Positions 12,992 through 26,292 of a stretch of 64,000 nt of DNA are shown here, in pieces. The stretch is from Azolla caroliniana. Its lineage: Eukaryota > Plantae > Polypodiophyta. The notes under the pieces are model-generated. The model did no database searches, had not been told where the DNA came from, and worked only from the letters and a program-made list of their open reading frames with translations. Position 1 is the stretch's first letter; each line of letters starts with the position of its first letter. The stretch lies in NCBI GenBank assembly GCA_043228905.1, contig JBHGNT010000006.1, positions 3,472,001 through 3,536,000 of the forward strand. Reading direction: 5' to 3'. Position numbers and translations under genes: made by a program.

Positions 12992-15900
12992 TTAACCATT
13001 TTTGTATAGTTCCCGGCCGATTAACATCCTTCGAATTTCACATGTACCAGCACCGATCTCATAAAGTTTGGCATCCCGTAGGAGTCTTCCAGTTGGATAT
13101 TCATTAATATAGCCATTTCCACCAAGGCATTGAATTGCCTACATCAATCCAGTTAACAATATCTCAAAACCCAAATATTGCCCAAAACACATGTATATAA
13201 TTTTGAACTGATTTCTTGTGTGATAACAATACTAGACATTGCAAGAATAATAATTTAACATAATCATTCCAGTCCTCTTATCCAAGTACCGTGTGATCTC
13301 TATTTATTGTCCTCTCTGATAACACAGATTCAGCTATTGCCAGTCAACCGACCATATATTTTTGCAAAGGACCTCTGTTTCACTAGGAAACCTTGTAATT
13401 TCGAGTGAGTTACTTGGCAAATTTACCATCCATACAGTACAATAATGTACAGATACTAATCCTGTAATACTAGGAAGTGATTAATTATTCTTGAACCAAT
13501 TCTAACTGTGTCGGATTTACATGAGATCACACATCCGACACAATGCTATGATGTAGATCCTAATCTTGTCATACTAGACAGTGATTAGTTGATCTTGATA
13601 ACCTTTTCAACCAACATGATATGATGGTTATTATATTCCATACGCAGTGAACGACGATGCATCACGTAGCTTTCTGTATATGGGCAATATGGACACATTT
13701 GACTCATGCTTTGAAACTCTAGTAATACTTCTTTTGAACTATATGGTTATTTGCCTTGCATACATCAGGCTTTTGTTGATAAAAGCACTAGTACTTTATT
13801 ATCAAATGTAGTGTACAGTAAGTAGGTTTCCTTAATGACTGGCTCCAAACTTAGTGCCACTCTAGAAAAGAGCAATTGTTCTTCCCCTTGCCTTGGGCAA
13901 AACATCCCCAGGCACATAAAAGAGGAGCAACAGTAAATAGAACTAAACAAACAATGTCCATTAGGAAATGATTGAGAACAGTCCCTATATGTGAGGAACT
14001 GCTATTGAAAAGAACTACACATTCCACTCCATTTAATACTCCGTTCTTATAGTTGTGAACATTCAATTTGCACTTCCCATATGTCCACACATCATCCAAC
14101 AAAGGAACGCTTGAGCATCACACTCAAAATACATAAATTCTTAACATCAAATGGATACCTATTTCCAAATACCTATTTCCAAAGGTTCATAAACATAGAA
14201 AAGGGAAGAAATAAAACCTGCAGAGCCACTTGTGTTGCATTCTCAGAGGCAAAAAGGATAACCGCTGCACAATCCTGTATCGTCAAACATCATCATATTT
14301 TCTCAACTGTGGTACAACAATCTTAGAATTCTTAAAAAATGAAAATGATAGTGATCCACTTAGATTTCATCCTTTTAATATTTTTCATTTCTCACTATCC
14401 AAAGTCCTAATTGACTTATACCATGACAATTACTACCCAGAATTATTTTTTTACTAGCCATTATGCGCATACTCATAGCTACATAATTAGGAGTTAATGA
14501 AGGCTACATTAGGTTCACCAGATAATAGCTTCATGAATACAAGCACAACTACGCAATTATTATTTGATGAATATCTTGGCAGGTTTACTTAGCTAGAATG
14601 CAGCATTTAGCTAGCCACAACCTGGACGTCTGGACATAAACCTGAATGCTTGCAGGTGTCTAAAAAGCTACCCTTGTAGGTTCCTCTTCAGACATCATTC
14701 CTCATTCTTGCTAACCAGGGATCTCCTTTCAGCTGCCCCCGCAGGTCAGGCATAAAACAAAGCATATTATCACAGAAAAGGTATTTTTCACACAGTGCAG
14801 CTCCCAGATCAGCCCATATGACACTATGGGGAACTGAACTTGCTCTGGATGATATGAAAGATCCTTATCCCAAAGGATTGCCATCCATTATAGTACTTTC
14901 CATCTGTTCTTTTTAAAATCTCTCTTTGGGGTGTTCACCTCTAGATGCTACTCATAGATGACACCCCTGCCAGCATCAGATGCTTTGAAAATAATTCATC
15001 TCAACCTAGATTAAATGATCATCCCATTACTTTTCCTGGTTCTGTGCTTATATGTTTATATACTCACAAGACCAAATTAATTGCTCACAATACAGGCCAT
15101 TAATTTGCTGAAAATACCCTTTACCTTTTTATCAACGTGTCCTCTATCACATTGGCTTGCAACAGAATAAACAAACGACCTGCATGTAGTGAACAAAAAC
15201 ATAAATAGAACAATTATTTATGCCAAATATGTTACCAGCCTTTTTGTTCTTCTTTTATGGCTTTGTTCAATCATTGTTTTACTGTTATGTTTTTTAAAAT
15301 TATTATTTACTTGCTTTCCTGGAACCCTTGAAATAGGGCATGACAACATTCCATAGTCAGTGTGGAACAAGCAGAGAGCCATTCTTCCCTATAAGCCAAG
15401 TCCTGCAGTTCCCCTAGATCCCATTGATCAGCTTAGCATTGGCCCAAGTACATCCCAGGCTTGTGGAGTCGAAAACAAGTAGGAATTCCAGTCATAGCCT
15501 CAATCATTGGAGGGCATTTCACTACTTCTTACACCTTTCATCAAAACATTTGTTCGTGCAGAGAAGGTTGAGTTACATTCGTTCGAGAAATAGGGATCCC
15601 AACATCTTCTTTTATCGAGTTGGCCTCTTGCCATTGTCCTTGCAGACTCTAGACCCTCTATTTCCTTTTGAGGCACTTGCAAATTTTTTGATTTCATATC
15701 AGCTCCTAGAATGACATTTAAGAGCTATCTTAAACACCTCTTCTCCTTCAAACCCTTGCTCAATGATTGCAATACATTCACCATCTGAATTACCAATATA
15801 AACATGAGGGACTTGCTGAGTTCTGTGATTAGACGAGGAAACCTCCTCCATCACATTTCCTGTGTTTGGCCGTTGGTCACCCACAACTAATCAAATGACA

Positions 15901-18900
15901 CTCTTTGAAGAATAAATGATCAAATCCCGTTGATGGAACCATGAAAGTGACATGAGAAAATTCCAAGAGGTAAAACGCCAACCAAACCACTAATTTAGCA
16001 AAATAAATGTCTAGCTCTAAGCTGAATTTGAAAGCCACCTTTTCGAAAACAATGTCTAGCCCATTAACGACTTTTAGGTGACCTAATGTGAGACCTAATC
16101 TAAAGTGTCTTTCTTTATAAAGGCAGAACTTTACAATTAGGTGCAGACACCTCCATGCAAATTGGAACCCAATGCTAATTGGACTGACCACATGCCAATC
16201 CCAAGGCCTGCCAGCCTTGGCACCTCAATTGTAGTGATCATCGGCCCTCAACCACCCCACACTATGCATGAACATCTTCTTGACCAGTTTCAAGAGTTCC
16301 AGAGGGGAAAAATAAAAACAAATTTTTTATCAAGTAATGTCTTAAAAATAAAACAAAAATGGCACCAATAATAACCCTACAAATTAGATTATGCTCTAAC
16401 CTTGACGCTTGAAGCGAAGTATACATATCAGCGAGTTTCCCCTGAAAAGAATTAGAGGTAATAAAACGTCAACCAGAATTCAAGGTTATTGAGAATAAAG
16501 AAGAGTCCGGTGTTATATATGTTTTTCTTTTCTTTTCTTTGCTACAGCATCAGAGATAAAATGCAGCACTGCATGAGTGATTCTGTGAACCACCTGATAA
16601 TTTTTAAATAAAATTTGTTCCATGCCTTATAGGTGAAGTCAATCTTTCCTCACTAGTTAACCAGAAGGCTTTTACCATCTGCTATATTCTTTTATTAGAA
16701 TTAAACCATGTTTTACTTGACAAGGTATTGGAGAGTCAATGGCCACAGTTATAAGGGCTTGAGAAATGGCCTCTGATACAGTTGTTCAACTTAAAAGTAT
16801 TGCGCAATGCATTCCCAATAATGAACTTCATGCCCTGAGACCAAAGTACTAACTATATCCCCAATACAATTTAATGATTGTAAGGGAGATCGAAAGACAG
16901 CAAAACAGAGACAAAAGTAATGCAGAACCTGAAGATGTGGTGGCTTGAATTCAAATTAAAGTTAAAAGTAGTACAATTATTGTGCAATTCATTTTTAAGA
17001 ACGAACTGGATTTCCTGAGAGGCGAAGTGCTAGCTATATCCCAAATAAAATTTAAGGACTTCAAGAGAGATCGACAGAGAAAGAACGAAAGAAAGATATA
17101 TTAACGTCTTTTAAGAGGCCAAAATGGCCTATAAGACCAAACAAGAGATTACATCTTAAGTGTTGTCTCGTCTTTGAGAACAACAAATCAACAAATCAAA
17201 ATAAAATAAATATTACTCCGTAAATATAAAAGTAAATAAGATAAAAAGAGATGAGGGAAACTGGTTTTCGGCACATGTGAGATTCGCAAGTTAGATGTAT
17301 TGTAACTTTTGTCTTCGAAAGATCTCTAGCATAGGTTGATCCAGAATGGAAAGGTCTCCGAAGCGAGGGAAGAGAGAAAAATAGAGACAAAAGTAACGTG
17401 GACTGACGCAAGGGAAGAGATCAAAAAAAGAAAGAAGGAAAGTCAATCCACAATTTTATATCAAATATAGAGTTCAAAAGTGATATTTATAGGCAAATTA
17501 GAGTTCATGTGTGCTATCTTAGCTTTTCTATACCAATACCTATGACCACCAGCATGAATATAATCAACTAGAGCAGAATATAATTCAAACTTCAAATATT
17601 GTCTATGAATTGGGTTTTCAGTCCATATCTGTAGACAAAAGTAACGTGGACTGACGCAAGGGAAGAGATCAAAAAAAGAAAGAAGGAAAGTCAATCCACA
17701 ATTTTATATCAAATATAGAGTTCAAAAGTGATATTTATAGGCAAATTAGAGTTCATGTGTGCTATCTTAGCTTCTCTATACCAATACCTATGACCACCAG
17801 CATGAATATAATCAACTAGAGCAGAATATAATTCAAACTTCAAATATTGTCTATGAATTGGGTTTTCAGTTCATATCTGTAGACAAAAGTAACGTGGACT
17901 GACGCAAGGGAAGAGATCAAAAAAAGAAAGAAGGAAAGTCAATCCACAATTTTATATCAAATATAGAGTTCAAAAGTGATATTTATAGGCAAATTAGAGT
18001 TCATGTGTGCTATCTTAGCTTTTCTATACCAATACCTATGACCACCAGCATGAATATAATCAACTAGAGCAGAATATAATTCAAACTTCAAATATTGTCT
18101 ATGAATTGGGTTTTCAGTCCATATCTGTAGACAAAAGTAACGTGGACTGACGCAAGGGAAGAGATCAAAAAAAGAAAGAAGGAAAGTCAATCCACAATTT
18201 TATATCAAATATAGAGTTCAAAAGTGATATTTATAGGCAAATTAGAGTTCATGTGTGCTATCTTAGCTTTTCTATACCAATACCTATGACCATCAGCATG
18301 AATATAATCAATTAGAGCAGAATATAATTCAAACTTCAAATATTGTCTATGAATTGGGTTTTCAGTCCATATCTGTAGACTGTAATGCTCAACTAAAAAT
18401 TGTAATCAAAACTAGAAATCATTCATGAATATTATGAAGGGAAAGTGTAGTTCAATAATCTGAATCTGGTCTAGTACATTATAAGAACCAAAAGTAAAGG
18501 ATGTGAATGAAATTCAATCATGAGTCTGATGATGATATGTTTTGCAACTATCTAGAACAAAATCTGAACTAAAAACGTATAGCTGCATGTTCACAAAGCA
18601 GAAAGTATTACTTGAATCAGCTGGAATTCCCCAATGGATTTACCGAATTGCTCCCTCTGTCGAACATAAGGAAGAACTTCATCCATTGCTGCCTGCATTA
18701 AACCAATTGGACCAGCAGCCAAGACAAGTCTTTCAAGGTCTAAACCTGACATCATCACATAAACGCCTGCATAATAATAATTGAAGGGTCTTTAAACCAG
18801 GTCTGAAAAGAAAACTCTCTCTATGCATACATATGATTCACTTGAATTTGGATATATGTCATTTACCTTGTCCTTCTTCTCCAAGAACATTCTCCTCTGG

Positions 18901-21900
18901 AACAAAGCAGTTCTCAAATACAAGCTCACACCTGCAAAATTTCAGCCATTAGAACCTAAGCTACCTAATGCAACATCTTCCTCTTTTCTCACTTTAGATA
19001 ATACTTTTGAAAATATACAATCAACAAATAGATGGTTGAAAGTTGTATAAGTTTGATACTCTATGAGAAACTCAGTATCGCATACAGAAGCAAGTAGGAA
19101 CTCAATCTGTAATCAGCAATTATTTCATAGCATTATTTTGGTGTTTTTTGTACTATTTGATGCAATATTATAGTAAAAACTAATAATATGTGCTAGTTTT
19201 CTCTTCCATATAGGAGTCTGAAACAAACACATGAGTCTCTAGAAAACATCACAATGTTTCAATTTTGAGAAATCAAATGTATCACTTATCGTGTTATATA
19301 ACCTGCTTTAAACAATTAAAATAAGACATATATAAGAAGAGCAAGATAATTACGTATCACTTCCTCGCATCCCAAGCTTATCCAATTTTTGGGCTGTACT
19401 GAAACTGCAAAAAGTAGAAAACTAAGTCATATTGGTTGATTATCCATGAGAAAAAAAGAAAGATAGTAATATTATCATCTATGAAAGACCAAAACGGCTT
19501 ATGAGATCACAGCATTTTTATAAATTTGCTTCAAGTTTATCGTCAAGAAACATACTCACAGGGTTGTGGACACTCTTCTTTGGTGATTTAGTTTATTTTC
19601 ATATTTCACATTTCCCATATAAGTCTCCCATCTCAATGAGATGAACCATGGTCATTAAAATCTCAATCAAAAAACTAATTCTAACCTGTAATAACACAAC
19701 AGACACCACTATCCAGGATTAGGCAATAAATTAATAGGTGCAGCTGGTGCCATCCAGGAGGGGTACTAAGCTTTTATTGGTAAAATTCCTACCAGGGGTA
19801 ACACTCTCTCTAAGGATGAGTTACAGATTATATTACATATGACTACTGCAATTCTTGACTAAGCAACTTACCCTTTCATGCCCTTCTCAACAATGAAGGC
19901 AGTAATTCCTTTTGATCCAGCGTGCAAATCAGATTTTGCATACACAATCTGCAGACAAAACCATGTAACCAAGGTGTTTACACAAAAGTTTCAATAAATC
20001 CGGTGTACAACATGGAATATCCATAACATGTATTGATCATCTTCAGATGATACAAATGCAACCCAAGGAATACAACTTTGTGAAAAACATCCATTGCATT
20101 AGCAATATTAAGCGCTCATTTGTGCATTTTGATACAAAGAAAGAGGAACTTGCCAATGTATTCGCCGTGGGCCCATTTGTGCACCACATCTTATTACCGT
20201 TCAAAATATATCCACCTTGGGTACGATCCGCCTTGCACCTCATGCTTACGACGTCGGAGCCAGCTGTTTCATTGGGAAAAAAACTATCGGAATCAAGTAT
20301 ATAATCAAATTAAAATGGTGCATGCAGTTCAATTCTGCTGATCTTGGTTAATCAATAATTAATTACCTTTACACAGCCTGTATACTCAAAGAGTATCATG
20401 TTCTACATCTTGGGATAGTGGCTACTGTAGTGAGGAGTAGAATTTCTGAAGCTTAGTTCTTTCCCTGTCTGAGAATGTCAATCTTGCCAGAAGTATGCTA
20501 GTGGTTAGTAAGTAAACAATTGGCCACCCTGTCTGAGGATGTCAATCCTCCCAGAAGTATGATACAGGCAAGTTCTTATCAGTAGGTAAACAGTTGGACA
20601 TGAATAACACTACAATCAATAGAAGATTTATAACTGCGTTATTTGCAAAATGAGGTTCCAAACCCATGTCCTTCAAGCTTGGAGTTGTGAAGCATTTTAC
20701 AACTTTATAAGAAGTGAGCAACAAGTGATGATGATGATGTTAGGGTGAGAATGGTGATGATGCAGTCGCTCTCTCACTCACACTCACTTCTCTATGTGGC
20801 TCAATCCTAGAGTCAGAATTAAGTATATGGGCAGAGTGCAATGGTTGCCATTCAGCTATACAGGCAGGCTTTCAGAAAGGGTTCACAACTTTGGATCATG
20901 TATTGAACCTCTGAGCCCTTATTCAGGAGGGCAGAGCCCATAATAAGAGGTTTTTTTGCTGCTTTGTGGATTTCCAAAAAGCCTTTGACACTGCCACGTG
21001 CTCGGCTTATGCAATGGCTAGGAGCTTCAGTGTCCCTATAGATATGCAATGGGGAATCTATGCACTGTATGAATCCATGTCAGGAATAGTGTGGTCTCCC
21101 TTGGTTTGTCAGAGGCTGTGGCTAGCACGATTGGAGTAAAGTAAGAGTAAAGTAAGGATGCCCACTATCACGCACTCTCTTTGATCTCCACATCCATAAG
21201 GTATCGCATTACATAGAGAGATTTGGTGGCCTAGCAGGTACAACCATACAAGTATTACTATATGCTGATGATACAGTTCTGATTTCTGACTCTCCAGAGG
21301 GACTACAAAGACATCTAAACACGTTAAAATCATTTTGTATGGACAAAATTTTGTCAATAAACATGAATAAAACTAAAGTGATGGTGTTTAATACCACTCA
21401 AGCATGGGTGAGAAGATCAGAAACAGAATTCTTCTTGGGAGAGAAAAAAGTGGCATATACACACTCCTACACATACCTAGGAGTAACAATTATAGGGCCT
21501 AAGTTCTTCATATGGGAGGTTTCTTGTGCCCAAATTCTCATGGATATGTAGCCCTTGGTGCTCTTGAAAGACAATGTGCACATTTGCAGTTCCAAGAGCC
21601 ACAAACTAAAGTGTGACTATTTGATACACTTGAGACACCAACTCTTCTCTATGGAGTAGAAATATGGAAACCGAGCCTTAACAATGCAAATAACAAGAAA
21701 GATTTAGAGAGAACTTTAGTGTCAATGATTGTTCACATCATAAGGAGCAAAGCATCGGTGCCCCATGATATAATTCACGCAAAGTTGGGAGCAGCCCCTA
21801 TAATCATTGAGGCATTATTCCAAGCAATGACCTTCTCCAACAGCTTTGGGAGCTCCCTAAAGGAATGTGCTCAAGGTTGGCACTTATGTCATCAAAACAA

Positions 21901-24900
21901 CTTACTGAACATGGAGACATTTACTGTTGGTATGGTGAAATGCAACAATGGTTCAAGACACATGACATAAGCATAAATGCACTACCTCGTTCCAATATAA
22001 GCTTGGATTGTCCCCATCTAAACATGACCAAAGTGGAAAAGAATACAGTGATCCCAACTGATATCATTAACTTGGAAAACAAGATAACATGGATTAGCCC
22101 CTAAATATCACTTGGTACGAAGATGGCCCACTATAAGACACTTTTTAAATATATCGGAGAATGGATTCATCATCAAGCCACCTTATATGGACATACATCT
22201 ACCCTATGTGTTGCACAGTATGATAGGGCAGCTGCAAACGTCATCACATCAGTTAGAGATTGAGGTAGGCAGATATGCACAAATGGCTTTAGAATAAAGT
22301 ATTTCCCAATTGTGTCATCAGGGAGTGGAATCTAAAGAACCCTATATTTGTCAATGTAGTGTTCTTTAAGAAATAAGGGGGAGATATAATTGCCTCTTTA
22401 AGCAAGGCTTTGGCACACTACACAAGGTAATGGATTATGAGGACCAGCGGGGCTTGGGGCTTTTCGTGCTAGAACTCAAGAGACAGGGGGAAAATTTGTT
22501 GGACAATAGTACAGTCACACAAGCTCATCAACAAAGAACAATCACAAATTTCTTTCGCCCCATCACTCCTACTCATGCTACAAATCAATAATGGGCTACA
22601 CAAATGGGCTACCAACCAGGACATAACAAAGGGGTTACAATAGATTAGACAATAGCAATTTGTCGTGCATGTGGGCTCTAAACTACGATCTCACCCTTGT
22701 CCATCAACAGATAAAGGCCATTGTCTCCCACCATCATAGGTGCTTTCCTCGCTTCAAAGACCTCTCCATTCTGGATAAACCTATGCTAGAGATATTTCGA
22801 AGACAAAAATTACAATATACGTGTACTGATATCAAGATTCTTTAGTCTCGTTTTATCTTATTTACTTTTTTTACTTAGTAACAGCTCTTTACTTTGATTT
22901 GTTGTTCTCAAAGACGAGACAACATTTCAGATGTAATCTCTTGTTTGGTCTTATAAGCCATTTTGGCCTCTTAAAAGACGTTCATACATCCTTCTTTCTT
23001 TCTTTCTTGCCTACTATTCACTAAGCTTTTACCCTAAGGCTCCAATTAGCTTCTTCTCCTCTAATACCTTCCCAAATGCCTTCATAAATAAATACTTCCT
23101 TGTGTTTTTCTTCCTTTGGCTTCACAATAACGCATAGATAACATAGTCCTTCTGGTTGGCCAGATCCATTCTTTATGGGATTCATTTTATTATCCATCAA
23201 TATTCGGTGACCGATGGGATTAGTCCTAACACATAAAATGTCTCATTAAATGGTCACTTCTCATTAACATTAGTCATAAATCAATATTCTATGTAATCAA
23301 TGCTAAATATACAGAAATTATCAAACAAAATTGTGTATATAAAGATTTGACAGAAAACTCTCATAACAAGTGAGTTTAGACCTTACAATTTGGCTCACTC
23401 ATAGCAAGAGCTCCAACATGCTCCCCACTGATAAGCTAGAAATGAAATGAAAACCTTTAGTACAATATGAAACTGTTCTCTTTTCTTCCATATGACTATA
23501 AAGAGACCAACCTTAGAAAGGTATTTCTCTTTCTGAATGTCATTCCCATTTCTCACCTACATCAGTGCATTTTTGTCAATATCCTTAACTTGAAAACATT
23601 TGAAAATCCCCAACTAAAGGAACTGTTTATACCAACTGGTTGATGCATAGATTGGAATGAGCGCCATAAGATAAACCTACAGAGCCTGAAGCACGACTAA
23701 TTTCCTCCATTGCAACACAGTGATATAGATAACCTAAGCCCATTCCTCCAAAAGTTTCTGAATGTATTTAAGCACATCTCATTATCAGTAATTCTGGATG
23801 TTTGCAACTAGGAAGTATAGCACAAGATAAAAAATATTACCCGGAGCTGTGATACCATGCAAATTGAAATCTCCCATTAGCTTCCACAGATTCACAGACT
23901 GCAAAAAATGAGATATAACTCTACATTATCTCTGAAAGAATGATTCTCAGTAAATAACAAATTTCAAATTATGTGATACAATTACAAGCATAATAAGCGC
24001 AAATGCAGATGTACACATATATGTAATGTTCCTATGTTTAATGTAAACGTATGTAATCCAACTTACCTTTGGAAAGCAGTTAGTTGAATCAATCGTTGCT
24101 GCATGTGGTGCTATGTTTTCTTGAGCAAATTGGTGTACACTCTCCTTGAACTATGGTTTCAAAGGAGTAATTTGAGAAAAAAATTTAAAAAAATTTAAAT
24201 CATGAATGCATGTATCAAGGCCTTTATCTTTAGTGCTCTTAGGTGAAAACTGCCTAAAGCATATCATATTTGCATGGTTTGTGGAAAAATCAAATCAAAC
24301 GGTACAAGCTGAAGCCTTTTGAAGAGTTTTTATGCCTAGAATGTACACCAAAAAACAAAGGTGCTTTGTCAACAAGGGTTATTCTATGGACAAGCTACAT
24401 ATTTATCCCTCTACTTGTTAATGTGAAAATTGTTATCCCTCTACCTGGTGTAGTGTTTCATCATGAATCAGGCTGGTTGAGAAATGATGGGATAATTGTT
24501 TCCGCAACAAAACCTGTTGAGAGAAAAGAAGTTATTAGAAGACTTTGAATGTTAGTAGATTCGTTGCAAGGTTTCTCATATGGGAAGCACAGAAACTGAC
24601 ATAGATCTCCTTTTTAGCAAGAAACGTTTGACTGATAAAATTGCTCATAGACCAAGTATTTAGGAACTCTAACAGAGATGATCAAGCTAAAATATGGTGG
24701 ACTGTGTCCAGCCACAAATATTTATGAACGGTGCGAGTGAGCAACGTAGACATCTGAAGGAAATGCGAGTAAGGATATTTGTATATCCAAATGGTACATC
24801 CACCATTTGGGAAGAAATTGCAAGTCTGCAGGTGTCTTCAATACCTTCTATATACATTAACTTCTTTATGCATCAATTTATTCCATGTGTAAGGCATAAT

Positions 24901-26194
24901 TGGCTACAAGGAGATTGGGAAGATCACTTGTCTTCAATACCTTCTATATACATTAACTTCTTTATGCATCAATTTATTCCATGTGTAAGGCATAATTGGC
25001 TACAAGGAGATTGGGAAGATCACTGCAAACTATGTATCATGGACAAAGTGAATGTCATCCCAATTTTTTTGGTTAAGTAACTGTAAGTCAAGACATGAGC
25101 AACGGTATAACTGTAAGTCATAGGCTCTCATATGCTTCACAATTTGCTAGCAATCAGCTACGGTTTGAACTGAATAGCAAAAACTGCGGCTTAACAATTT
25201 AAACAGATCAGTTCAGTTAGGTTTTGTTCAAGTTTCAAAATTTGCAAACGGTTCAACTTGGCTTGGGGTTCAGGGGTTCGAGTTGGTTCTGTCTAAGGCT
25301 TTATTGGCTTACAGGTTTGCGTTTTAAATGGCTTCAGTCCAAGGCTTAAACAACTTAATCATTTAGGATTAGGACAATTTATCATTTTTTATTATATATG
25401 AGTTAACTTTTTAGAGTTATGAGCTATAGCCAATTAAAATAATAAGTTGTAAGATGTGAGATCCAATATTTTCTACTTTGCTCAATTTATAAGTCGGAGA
25501 CTTTGTGATAGAAAACTCCTTGTTAAAGAATTGTGCAAGAGTTAACCACAAAATATTGGTTTACACCGAACCGCAAAACCATGGCTTAAGGGTTTGTAAA
25601 TCTCTTTGACTGTTTCGTTTGGGCTTGGAAATCCCTCAAACTGTTTCAGCTTAAACAGTTTCAGGATTCAGTTCAGTTTAAATTTCAAATTATTTAAAAT
25701 GGTTTGAGTTGAGACGCCCAACCAAACTGAACAGTTTCCAATTGCTACAATTTGCCATGCCATAAATGCCACTTAACATTTGACATAACATGTTCATTAT
25801 ATGACAGTAAATTTCGTACTAAAAATGTACACAAAGACAATATATATTGCAATCGTAGTAATCTGAAGCCCATACAAAGATCAGAATTCACACAGAAAGC
25901 ATCGATGTTTGTGCATATACTAGGTTTCTGATATAGTCATAGTTAGAAAATAGAGCTGAATCAGTATATCCAAAAGTTAGGATTGCTCACGGGTAGGAAA
26001 CTGCACGCGTGATGTGAATGTCATCCCCAATTTTGTGGTTAACTAAACATACATCATACATGGGATATGTATGAGCAGTGCTATGACAATAAGCCATAAA
26101 CAGTTCTCATATGTTCCACAATTTATCTTGCCATAAATGTCACTAAGAAGAATTTACTGATAGTATAATTTGTACGAAAAATGTACACAAAGAT

Positions 26195-26229
<35 letters not shown>

Positions 26230-26246
26230 AATACATATATATATAC

Positions 26247-26292
<46 letters not shown>

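Noticed and set aside
14620-14780. TPP riboswitch-like stretch in an IVD intron
   Set aside because: It lacks the CUGAGA and CCUGAA...UAAU...CG.AGG cores.
15350-16300. Decayed Gypsy integrase-like remnant in IVD intron 13
   Set aside because: The resemblance (LGHLKV..VAFKF..HVTF) is too weak to call without an HMM search.
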